17,146 nt of DNA from Octopus sinensis (GCF_006345805.1 NW_021824949.1:1-17146); one strand, 5' to 3'. Positions 7,828 to 17,146 are shown, counted from the stretch's first letter. The notes: a model not told the origin generated them from the letters alone. Numbers and translations are program-made.

Positions 7828-7947
7828 TTAGTGTGACGCTGCCCCATCTTGCAGGCAGCAGACTCCACATCCCACATCTTGAGCCTCCACTTGAATGCTT
7901 GGCATGACTGATTCTTACAGTAAAGGATAGAAAGTTCCAGGAAAGTT

Positions 7948-8017
7948 CCAGGAATTGAACTCATTACCTCATGATTGCGAGTCCGATGCTCTAACCACTG
8001 AACCATGTGCCTTCACT
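7948..8017 (-). mobile_element. Isolated tRNA-like SINE head
   Basis: Minus strand: GTGAAGGCACATGGTTCAGTGGTTAGAGCATCGGACTCGCAATCATGAGGTAATGAGTTCAATTCCTGG (A and B boxes, no complete cloverleaf). Start shared with 8733. Confidence 0.75.
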
Positions 8018-8034
8018 TATATATATATATGCCA

Positions 8035-8310
8035 TAGGTTGGATGGTTTGACTGAGGACTGGCAAGTCAGGAGGTTGCGCCAGGCTCCAATCCGATCTGG
8101 CAAGGTTTCTACAGCTGGATGCCCTTCCTAATGCCAACCACTCCGAGAATGCAGTGGGTGCTTTTTACATCCCACTGGTATGGGAGCCAGTTAGGTGGCA
8201 CTGGTATCAACCACACCCAAATGGTTCTTTTTATGTGCCACCTGCACAGGTGCCAGTCAGACGGCACTGGTATCAGTTATACTTGAATGATGCTTTTTAC
8301 GTGCCACATG
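8035..8310 (-). mobile_element. RTE-tailed retroposon fragment with internal tandem units
   Basis: Reverse complement of part of 9510-9830 (GGATGCCCTTCCTAATGCCAACCACTCCGAG; GGTGCTTTT...TGCCACC units). Confidence 0.8.
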
Positions 8311-8349
8311 TATATGTATGCATATATGTATATATGTATATATATGTAT

Positions 8350-8719
8350 ATGCTGGAGCACTGTTTTGAAATGGTTTTGCTGAACAATTCAATCCCAGGA
8401 CTTATTTTCAAGCCTAATACTTATTCTATCAGTATCCTTTGCTGAACCACTAAGTTATGAGGGCATAAACATAGCAACACTGGTTGTCAAGAGGTGATGG
8501 GAGACAAATAGGCACAATGACACACACACACACACACACATAGATACACACATACATACATACACACAACAGGCTTCTTTCAGTTTCTGTCTACTAAATT
8601 CACTCACAAGGATTTGGTAAGCCTAAGGACACTTGCCAAAGGTATCACGCAGTGGGACTGAACATGGAACCATGAGATTGGGAAGCGAGCTTCTTACCAC
8701 ACAGCCATGTCTGCACCTA
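8350..8719 (-). mobile_element. Family A SINE, diverged
   Basis: Reverse complement aligns to 990-1390, with (CA)n at the internal microsatellite site. Confidence 0.85.
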
Positions 8720-8732
8720 CATATATATTTAT

Positions 8733-8937
8733 ATGTGAAGGCACATGGCGTAGTGTCCTTGAGCAAAGCACTCCATTTCATGTTGCTCTGCGACCATTTC
8801 GACATCTGACATGTGGCACCCAGTTGCACCTGTACAGGTAATGTCAATTTGATGGAGGGAGTGAGCTTATATCTACACAAACATTTGATCACTATAAACG
8901 AACCATCTGTGGATGTTCAGTAAGAAATTGTCAAACT
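8733..8937 (+). mobile_element. Internally deleted SINE (head start fused to CORE-like segment)
   Basis: GTGAAGGCACATGG (as at 8017 minus) joined to GTGTCCTTGAGCAAAGCACT. 3' boundary approximate. Confidence 0.55.
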
Positions 8938-8940
8938 CTT

Positions 8941-9318
8941 ATGGATGGATGGAAGCACTCCGTCGGTTATGACGACGAGGGTTCCGGTTGATCCGATCAA
9001 CGGAACAGCCTGCTCGTGAATTAACGTGTAAGTGGCTGAGCATTCCAGAGACACGTGTACCCTTAACGTAGTTCTCGGGGATATTCAGCGTGACACAGAG
9101 AGTGACAAGGCCGGCCCTTTGAAATACAGGTACAACAGAAACAGGAAGTAAGAGTGAGAGACAGTTGTGGTGAAAGAGTACAGCAGGGATCACCACCATC
9201 CCTGCCGGAGCCTCATGGAGCTTTAGGTGTTTTCGCTCAATAAACACTCACAACGCCCGGTCTGGGAATCGAAACCGCGAGTCCGCTGCCCTAACCACTG
9301 GGCCATTGCGCCTCCACT
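8941..9318 (-). mobile_element. tRNA-derived SINE sharing the family B head but with a different body and a (CCAT)n tail
   Basis: Minus strand starts GTGGAGGCGCAATGGCCCAGTGGTTAGGGCAGCGG and ends ...GACGGAGTGCTTCCATCCATCCAT. Confidence 0.85.
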
Positions 9319-9324
9319 GTCGAA

Positions 9325-9856
9325 CCCTTATACGTCGTCTAACAATGGGAGAATCCATCGAGAAGACCCGTCAAGCTAAGTAAGACCATAACCTGTGGCC
9401 TATGCCAGTGGTGTATAACCAGCCCACTTATGGGTACCCTTCATTCATTGGACAATAAACTTTGCTTACGAAGACCTGTTGCGGCAAGTGAAATCAAAAT
9501 TGTTGACGTGGCCGATGACAGTACCACATGATTGGCACCCGTGCCAGTGGAACATTAAAAGCACCACCTGAGCACGATCGTTGCCAGGGCAACTGACTGG
9601 CTCCCATCCCAGTGGCATGTAAAAACCACCATTTGAGCATGATTATTGCTAGTACCACCTGACTGGCCTTCATGCCGGTGGTACATAAAAGCACCCAGTA
9701 CATACTCGGAGTGGTTGGCATTAGGAAGGGCATCCAGCTGTAGAAACCTTGCCAGATCAGATTGGAGCCTGGTGTGTCCTCCTGGCTCACCAGCGCTCAG
9801 TCAAACCGTCCAACCCATGCCAGCATGGAAAGCGGACGTTAAACGATGATGATGAC
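9325..9856 (+). mobile_element. Retroposon with three ~65-nt internal repeats and an RTE-type tail ending GGACGTTAAACGATGATGATG
   Basis: Units TGA(C/T)TGGC...GTGG...TAAAA..CACC at 9529, 9594 and 9660. Tail homologous to four minus-strand fragments in this window. Confidence 0.8.
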
Positions 9857-10416
9857 ACTTGTGTATGTTTGATTGCTTTTATCTTTCCCCCAAAATTACT
9901 GCATTTCAAGTAGTTAGGTTGTTCTCACTTACCCTGTTGATAAATTACCTGCCAGTTTTGCCATTCACAAAACGGTGAGGGTTAGCAACAGGAAGGGCAT
10001 CCAGCAGTAAAACAATGCCACAATAATGCATTCTTCTAACCCAAGCTGGCCTAGAGCAATAAACCTAATAGCCAAATGCACACACACACACACACACACA
10101 TATAATGTAATAGAAGACAAAGAGAGTGGGAGAGAAGAAGTGGGAGGCAGAGGGAAGGCATGTGATGAGGAGAAAGGAAGGAAAAAGCAAGCTGTGGTGT
10201 TGAAAAATTATCAGCCTGAGTCATGTACATGAATTAATAAAATCAGTCAAGCGGAAAGAGCCACTCAGTGAAGTATGTTCAGGTAAAAATATGGGGATGT
10301 ATGTTGAGTTGAATAATAATATTTCAGTGAAATGAATTAGGAGGAGGTGATGCGTATAATCCAAACACATATAAATTTACAATAAATTTATGTGATTGTG
10401 TAAAATGTGTATATAC

Positions 10417-10798
10417 ACTCTTTTACTCTTTTACTTGTTTCAGTCATTTGACTACGGCCATGCTGGAGCACCGCCTTTAGTCGAGCAAATCGACCCCGGG
10501 ACTTACTCTTTTGTAAGCCCAGTACTTATTCTATTGGTCTCTTTTGCCGAACCGCTAAATAACGGGGACATAAACACACCAGCAATGCTAGGGGGACAAA
10601 CACAGACACACAAACACACGCACGCATATATATATATACACATATATACGACGGGCTTCTTTCAGTTTCCGTCTACCAAATCCACTCACAAGGCTTTGGT
10701 CGGCCCGAGGCTATAGTAGAAGACACTTGCCCAAGGTGCCACACAGTGGACTGAACCGGGACCATGTGGTTGGTAAAAAGGTACTTACACACAGCCAC

Positions 10799-10801
<3 letters not shown>
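10417..10801 (-). mobile_element. Family A SINE
   Basis: Reverse complement aligns with 990-1390. Confidence 0.9.
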
Positions 10802-10845
<44 letters not shown>

Positions 10846-10869
10846 GTATATACACATATATATGTGAAG

Positions 10870-10997
10870 GTGCCTACTGACCTAGCCAGCAGTATGGTGT
10901 CATTTGAAGATTAAAACAATGCAAAAGCGCATTGTGACTAGCGATGTGTAACAACACCTGATAGTCTGGTCGGTCATGTGATCATGTGACATGATAT
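10870..10997 (+). mobile_element. Family B SINE 3' tail fragment
   Basis: CATTTGAAGATTAAAACAATGCAAAAGCGCATTGTGACTAGCGATGTG...GGTCATGTGATCATGTGA. Confidence 0.85.
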
Positions 10998-11077
10998 ATT
11001 TAAAAGAATGGAATAGACGATTATTTCACGAACTTCATTCGCTTGCAGGTATTTCTGTAATTAGATTCAGTGGGCTA

Positions 11078-11160
11078 GGCTCTGATGAAGCTATATAAGG
11101 TGTCATTCAGGCATTCAGCTATGAGTCCACTGAATCTGATAGCAGAAACGGCTGTTAAAG
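11078..11160 (+). ncRNA. Degenerate type I hammerhead-like motif
   Basis: CTGATGA (11082-11088)-A-GCTAT...ATAGC-A-GAAA (11145-11148)-CGGCTG-TT-AAAG. Stem III ACGGCUGU is self-complementary with G-U pairs; stem I is poor. Confidence 0.55.
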
Positions 11161-11552
11161 ATTATTGCTTATTCAATTCCTTTGTCATCTCTCTTTCTTA
11201 TTACTGCTCTATACTCTGCTAACACACCATTCTGAGACATAAGGATATTGAGCTCTACACCAGGCTATTAGTCACACAATGCCCAAGTGAAATAAATTAT
11301 ACAAGATAAGAAAATGGAGAAATACATCTAAATCAAATATCAATTACAGATAATACTCAATCACATACTTTATTAAACCACCACATTAGAGACTGTAGGG
11401 TAAACATAAAAAAGCAGAACAAATCAGTGTACATAAAGGAATGTACATAAAAAAGTGTACATAAAAGATAATGTTGTATAATAAGTAGAATATATATAAA
11501 AAGAGAATATAAATGTAAGTAAATATAAGTATATATATATATATATATATAA

Positions 11553-11910
11553 AATAATAAATATTAGGGAACAAATCCAAATTTACAGGGAAAAATCAGA
11601 TTTAGGATTGAATCCAATTTTATAGTAAAATATAATATAATATTAATTAGAGACAAAACCACTATTATGCAAATCAAACAAAGAAAGACTTAATCCAATA
11701 CATAAAAATTTTTATATAAATTAAATATAATTAAGATATCCACTACGATCGTTTCTTGTCACTTCTATGGACATTCATCAGAAGTGACAAGAAACGATCG
11801 TAGTGGATATCTTAATTTATTTAATTTATATAAAAATTTTTATGTATTGGATTAAGTCTTTCTTTGTTTGATTTGCATAATAGTGGTTTTGTCCTCTAAT
11901 TAATATTATA

Positions 11911-11911
<1 letters not shown>
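11553..11911 (-). mobile_element. HHR-bearing 'family 2' fold-back element, copy 1
   Basis: Inverted repeat 11635-11766 / 11780-11911 (13-nt spacer), nearly perfect. The left arm extends to ~11553; flanked by (TA)n. Confidence 0.9.
11740..11785 (-). ncRNA. Hammerhead core at the centre of the palindrome
   Basis: Minus strand: CTGATGA (11781-11775)-A-TGTC/CATAGAAGT/GACA-A-GAAA-CGATCG-TA-GTGG. Perfect palindromic stem III ACGAUCGU and GUA site; the 5' stem I strand is replaced by the inverted arm. Confidence 0.75.
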
Positions 11912-11949
<38 letters not shown>

Positions 11950-11950
<1 letters not shown>

Positions 11951-12099
11951 GCGCAGGAGTAGCTTGTTTTACCAACCACATGGTTCCGGGTTCAGTCCCA
12001 CTGCATGGCACCTGGGATAGTGTCTTCTACTATAGCCTCGGGCCGACCAAAGCCTTGTGAGTGGATTTGGTCGATGGAAACTGAAAGAAGCCCGTCGTA

Positions 12100-12132
<33 letters not shown>

Positions 12133-12360
12133 GGCGTGTGTGTGTTTGTCCCCCCCCCCCCTAGCATTGCTTGACAACCGATGCTGGTGTGTTTACGTCC
12201 CCGTTACTTAGTGGTTCGGCAAAAGAGACCGATAGAATAAGTACTGGGCTTACAAAAGAATAAGTCCCGGGGTCGAGTTGCTCAATTAAAGGCGGTGCTC
12301 CAGCATGGCCGCAGTCAAATGACTGAAACAAGTAAAAGAGTAAAAAAAGAGTAAAGAGTA
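11950..12360 (+). mobile_element. Family A SINE with a 15-nt deletion removing the A-box
   Basis: GGCGCAGGAGT|AGCTTG, versus GGCGCAGGAGTGGCTGTGTGGTAAGTAGCTTG at 990 (deletion between AGT direct repeats). Confidence 0.9.
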
Positions 12361-12411
12361 CGTATGTATGTATGTATGTATTATGTATATATATATATAC
12401 ACCAAACACAT

Positions 12412-12556
12412 CTTTTTTCTCTCCTTGTTTCTTTCTGTGTTCCTTTCTGTGGAAGAGCGTAGGCTCAAAACGTAAATGACTTTTTCTATTCCTGAGCATT
12501 ATACTAATACATCTGTTTGTTTTCCTACACCACCTATCTTCGTCATTGGTTTTTTC

Positions 12557-12565
<9 letters not shown>
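12412..12565 (+). mobile_element. Family D element with a hammerhead-like motif (12443-12478)
   Basis: CTTT-CTGTGGA-A-GAGC/GTAG/GCTC-AAAA-CG-TA-AATG (G12->A); aligns with 841-985. Confidence 0.8.
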
Positions 12566-12600
<35 letters not shown>

Positions 12601-12632
12601 ATATATATAAATATATATATATTATATATTAA

Positions 12633-12794
12633 TCATCATCATCATCATCGTCGTTTAACGTCCGTTCTCCATGCTAGCATGGGTTGGACGGTTCGACCAG
12701 GGTTCTGGGAAGCCAGAAGGCTGCACCAGGCTCAGTCTAATCTGGCAATGTTTCTCAGCTGGATGCCCTTCCTAACGCCAACCACTCCGAGTGT
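12633..12794 (-). mobile_element. RTE-type 3' tail fragment
   Basis: Near-identical to 2652-2792. Confidence 0.9.
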
Positions 12795-12802
12795 ATAATA
12801 AT

Positions 12803-13164
12803 AATAATAAATATTAGGAATAAATCTAAACTTACAGGGAAAAATCAGATTTAGGATTGAATCCAATTTTATAGTAAAAAATTATATTATATTAAATTAG
12901 AGATAAAACCACTATTAGGCAAATCATACAATGAAAACTTAAGCCAATACATAAGATTATTTAATTTATATTATTTAAATATATAACAAAATTATTAAAA
13001 AATATAATAATTAACACTACGATCGTTTCCGGTTAGAGGTTTGATCAATGAAACGATCGTAGTGTTATATTAATTATATTTTTTTAATAATTTTGTTATA
13101 TATATATGTATTGGCTTAAGTTTTTTCATTGTATGATTTGCTTAATAATGGTTTTATCTCTAAT

Positions 13165-13175
<11 letters not shown>
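12803..13175 (-). mobile_element. Family 2 fold-back element, copy 2
   Basis: Homologous to 11553-11911. Inverted repeat ~12884-13029 / 13050-13175 with a 20-nt spacer. GAAACGATCGTAGTG is present on both arms but there is no recognisable CTGANGA. Confidence 0.85.
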
Positions 13176-13217
<42 letters not shown>

Positions 13218-13257
13218 GCCAGTGCTGCATAAATGCAGCCGTGCTGGTGCTGTGTAA

Positions 13258-13548
13258 ATTGCCGAAAATCTTCAAATCACTCTCTTTACTGTTAATAGAA
13301 TTATAGTGCAATTCAAAAGCCAAGGAAAAGAATCAACAGATTCTCATCCTGGCCGACCTGGGCCCTCAGAAATGAAGCTTCGCTGTTTGAAGAGAATTGT
13401 GGAAAAAGAACCTCATTCGAAGGCTTCTGACATTGCAAAACAGCTAGAAGTTAGTCCAAGAACGTGTGTTACATATCTGCATAAGCTTGGGTATCATGGA
13501 CGAGCAGCTAGAAGAAAACCTCTCCTTCAACCAATTAACATCAAATAA
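13258..13548 (+). pseudogene. Tc1-like transposase N-terminal DNA-binding fragment
   Basis: IAENLQITLFTVNRIIVQFKSQG..PGRP..LRCLKRIVEKEP..SDIAKQLEVSPRTCVTYLHKLGYHGRAARRKPLL..NIK*: two HTH-like segments, the GRP linker and the ARRKPLL motif; stops on both sides, no DDE domain. Confidence 0.85.
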
Positions 13549-13572
13549 AAGATTTTGAAAATTAAAGGTGTC

Positions 13573-13975
13573 TATGTGTGTGTGTGTGTGTGTGCGTGTT
13601 TATATATGTTTGTCAATGTAGATAGATAGACGGACTGATAGACAAACAGATATAGATTTAGATATAGGTACAGGTATATATATATATATATATATATATA
13701 TTGACCTACAGGGAGAGAAAATGAGACATCTGTAACAACATAAATAACTGAAATTTCTTTTCTTTTCAGGTAAAGAAAAAGCGACCACACCTTGAAATGG
13801 GAAAACATGAGAATCTGTACTCAAACAAACACACACACACTCACACTCACACACACACGCACACACACACACATGCACACACACACACACACACATGCAC
13901 ACACACACACACACACATACACACACATATACACACACACACGCCCACACACCTGTACACTGTATGTATATGATT
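13573..13975. repeat. (TG)n, (TAGA)n, (TA)n and (CA)n microsatellites
   Basis: Direct inspection. Confidence 0.9.
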
Positions 13976-14251
13976 GCTTATACCTACCTGTACAGTACCT
14001 CCCCCCATCCCTGCCACAACGACACTCGCACACACTTCCCCCCCTCAAACTAACTCAATAATCGTTCAATATACAGAAATCAATAGAAACTACTGTCCTT
14101 CTATAAAGCAAAAATGGTGATCGTTAGTGCAAACCTCGTTTATTTTCTTTCAATATAAATCCACTCAAATCACATGATATTACACTGTTGTTCAATTTAC
14201 TGCTGCTGCTGCTGCTGATGTTGCTGTTTAGTCCAAGGTCAGCCTTAATTT

Positions 14252-14503
14252 GTGTGGCTCAGTGGTGAGGGTGTTGGACTCATGATCGTAAGATTGTGGT
14301 TTCGATTCCTGGACTGGGCAATGTGTTGTGTTCTCGAGCACAACCCTTCATTTCCCATTTCCCATTGCTCCAATCTACTCTGCTGGCAAAAATGAGTTAA
14401 TCCTGTGAGGGACTGGCGTCCCATCCTGGTGGGGAATTTATCCGCCAGGGAAACTGGGGAAATTGGCCCTTATAAGTCTATATGACTCTGAAAGGAACTT
14501 CAC
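14252..14503 (+). mobile_element. tRNA-derived SINE with a V-domain-like segment
   Basis: A-box TGGCTCAGTGGT, B-box GGTTTCGATTCC. CCTGTGAGGGACTGGCGTCCCATCCTGGTGGGG (14402-14434) resembles the V-SINE domain as I recall it. Confidence 0.7.
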
Positions 14504-14569
14504 TTCTTACAGCCTTAACTGAGCAGAATTATTATGTGAAGCAGTGGCTTTCAACCAGAATCTATATAA

Positions 14570-14645
14570 GGTTGGGAGCGGTGGTGATGGTGGTTGTGAT
14601 GGTTGTAGCAGTGGTAGTAGCAGTGGTGGTTGTGGTGGTTGTGGA
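14570..14645. repeat. (GGT/GTA)n tract
   Basis: Direct inspection. Confidence 0.8.
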
Positions 14646-14749
14646 GTTCACACAAGCAAAATAGTAAACTGGGGATCTGCAGTTGTATATTAAGGGTCCA
14701 CGAAAAAAAAAAAAAAAAAAAACTTACTTTATTCTTTTATTCTTTTCTT

Positions 14750-15373
14750 GTTTTATTTGTTTCAGTCATTTGACTGTGGCCAGGCTGGAGCACCACCTTT
14801 AGTCGAGCAAATCGACCCCAGGACTTATTCTTTGTAAGCCTAGTTCTTATTCTCCCGGTCTATCTTGCTGAACCGCTAAGTGACAGGGACGTAAACACAC
14901 AAGCATCGGTTGTCAAGCGATGTTGGGGGGACAAACATAGACACACAAATATATACCTACATACATACATACATACATCATACATACATACATACATACA
15001 TACTACATACATACATACATACATCATACTACATCATAATACTACATACATACATCATACCATACAACAAAAACTCATACATACATACATACATACATCT
15101 ACTACATACATACATCATACCATACATACTACATACATCATACACATACATACATACATACTACTACATACATCATACATCTACATACCTACCTACAACA
15201 TACATACATACATACATACATACATACATACATCATACATACATCATACCTACATACATACATACATACATACATACATACATACCTACATACATACATA
15301 CATGCATACATACATACATACATACATCATACATACATAGATACATACATACATACATACATACATACATACA

Positions 15374-15409
<36 letters not shown>

Positions 15410-15572
15410 CAACAGGTTTCTTTCAGTTTCCGTCGAACAAATCCACTCACAAGGCTTTGGTCGGCCTGAGGCTACACTAGAAGACACTTTCTGAAGGTAC
15501 TGTGTAGTTGGACTGAACCCAGAACCAAATGGCTGGTAAGCAAGCCACTTACCACACAGCCACTCCTGTGCC
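14750..15572 (-). mobile_element. Family A SINE split by an internal (TACA)n expansion
   Basis: 3' half 14750-14950 and 5' half 15409-15572 are colinear with 990-1390 either side of the array. Confidence 0.9.
14955..15408. repeat. ~450-nt imperfect (TACA)n array
   Basis: Direct inspection, with CATCATA and TACTACA variant units. Confidence 0.95.
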
Positions 15573-16080
15573 TATATTTAGATTTATTTATTGCCAGCAA
15601 CAGCTGGGTTTCTTTCTCTAACACTTTACATATTTCAACCATCAAAAATTTATGTCTGGAAAGCAAAATAGGAATTTTAAAAGAAGCATTCATAAAATTA
15701 GTTTTTAAATTTTAAGTGATGATGGGGTCCACCCGACTTAAAATAAGCAAAAAATTATTGAGACCTATCGATCTAAAGCATTACAGTTTTGTGATCAATC
15801 TGTCTGTTTTTTTTTTCTTTTCAGAGAGATTTCAGAGGAAGATATATTCTATATAATTGAATGTGCTTTTGTTTATTTTCTTAAGACACGTTTGTGTAAT
15901 TGAACGAGGAGTTGGCTGCTATTTAAAGCACATGGTAGGAATATTGTACTTTAAGATTTGTAAATAGTATATGGGGTGGATAGCATGTCACATATACGGA
16001 TTAAAATATATACAAACATACATGTATACAGACATACTGTAATACATATATATGTGTTTTATCTATCTGTTTATCTAATC

Positions 16081-17040
16081 TGGTGGTTCCAGAAATTCTG
16101 AGCTGGAAACTACAGCCAAGAAGATGAGCCTCGTACTGAAAGATTTGTAGAGCTTGACAAGGACGTCCTAATAACCCTGATGGACCAAAATCTCATTGTA
16201 ACTGTTGAGGAACTAGCAGAGAATCTTGGATTTGGTCATCCAACCATTTATCGACCCCTGCGTGCTATCAGAAAAGTCAGCAAATTGGACCAATGGGTTC
16301 CTCACAAACTTTCTGAGTCTAATCACATGCAGAGAGTGAATGTAAGCTCTTCTTTGCTGTCAAGTCTCATGAATGAACCTTTTTGGGACCGAATAGTGAC
16401 TGAGGATGAGAAATGGATTCTCTATAAAAATGTCAAGTGCCAAAGACAGTGGGTAATGAAAGGAGAAACACCAGCAACCCAGGCTGAAGGTCTTTACCAA
16501 AGGTAAGGTTTTGTTATCTGTTTGGTGGGATATGAAAGGTTTAGTCCACTTTGAACTTTTAAATCCAAACCAAATGATAGCAAAGGAGATCTACTGTGAG
16601 CAGCTTGAGTGGTTTAAGTCAGAGCTAGAAGAAAAACGACCATCTTTGGTTTCAAGACAAAAGGTGTTCTTCTGTCAGGATAGTGCTCGACCACAACCAG
16701 CAAGGATGACATTCCAAAGGCAGGAGCAGTTTGGATGGGAAACGATGCCCCACCCACCATATTCACTGGACATTGTCCCATCTGATTCACATTTATTCTG
16801 CAGTCTTCAAAATCATTTGGACTGAAAAAATATGAATTCTGTAGATGAGGTCAGAACAGTACTGGAGGAGTATTTTTCGTCACGAAGAGAAGTTTGGAAG
16901 AGGGGCCTTGCAAGATTACCAGATAGATGGCAAAGCATTGTAGAAAATGAAGGAGAGTATATTTTAGATAAAAAAAGAACTTTGTTAATTTTAATTTTGA
17001 AGAATAAAAGAAATATAAAAAAACTGCACTATTTAATATA
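16081..17040 (+). mobile_element. 5'-truncated mariner (D,D34D) transposon pseudogene
   Basis: WFQKF*AG..EDEPR, WVPHKL, TEDEKW (D 16405), QDSAR (D 16679), HPPYSLDIVPSD (D 16784; 34 residues between D2 and D3), C-terminus RGLARLPDRWQSIVENEGEY. Stops at 16099 and 16823, +1 frameshift at ~16504, 3' TIR only vestigial. Confidence 0.95.
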
Positions 17041-17146
17041 CTCACACACATATGCATACCCACACACAAAACACATACGCACACGCATGCACGCGCATGC
17101 ACACACAGACACACACACGCACACATACACACCACCACACATAAAC
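17041..17146. repeat. (CA/CG)n microsatellite
   Basis: Direct inspection. Confidence 0.9.

Noticed and set aside
7948-8017. Possible tRNA gene (also the heads at 990, 2149, 9318 and 14252)
   Set aside because: A and B boxes only; no complete acceptor stem or cloverleaf, and most continue into SINE bodies.
9510-9700. Repeat-spacer pattern resembling a CRISPR array
   Set aside because: Degenerate internal repeats of a eukaryotic retroposon, present in multiple copies; no cas genes.
11912-12802. Idea that the two family 2 copies are terminal repeats of one composite element
   Set aside because: The interior is only unrelated SINE, family D and RTE-tail insertions, and the two copies differ from each other far more than the arms within each copy.
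13755-13830. Plus-strand acceptor TTTCTTTTCTTTTCAG followed by VKKKRPHL
   Set aside because: No donor and it runs into (CA)n; the mariner-like peptide is too short to call.
14910-15494. 194-aa HTYI-repeat ORF
   Set aside because: (TACA)n artefact; the same applies to the YI/CV/HT ORFs at 6125-7150, 11386-12011 and 13572-14061.
15800-15940. Plus-strand acceptor (AG 15823-15824) and donor (GT 15935-15936) bracketing 110 nt
   Set aside because: Stops in all three frames; could only be a non-coding or terminal exon, with no supporting evidence.

Overview
AT-rich, repeat-saturated eukaryotic DNA with no prokaryotic features. The repeat families resemble those I recall from octopus or other coleoid cephalopod genomes (inference, not verified). 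Most of the window is microsatellites, tRNA-derived SINEs of several families, RTE-type 3' tails and three decayed Tc1/mariner transposase relics; the largest is a D,D34D mariner at 16081-17040. Almost all ORFs in the supplied track are microsatellite artefacts. One phase-consistent minus-strand gene model is supportable (5585-5578, 5505-5441, 3542-2956; 219 aa, product unrecognised). The most striking signal is absent from the ORF track: eight type I hammerhead ribozyme (HHR) motifs plus one remnant, from several short non-coding, Penelope/retrozyme-like repeat families. Two have intact catalytic cores (4196-4290 minus, 4869-4905 minus). All of the better-preserved copies have the self-complementary stem III typical of dimer-type minimal HHRs. 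Four motifs sit at the turning point of fold-back inverted duplications (centres ~4290, ~11100, ~11773, ~13040), and two more copies of one family carry inversion junctions without a ribozyme. Cleavage activity is predicted from sequence only.
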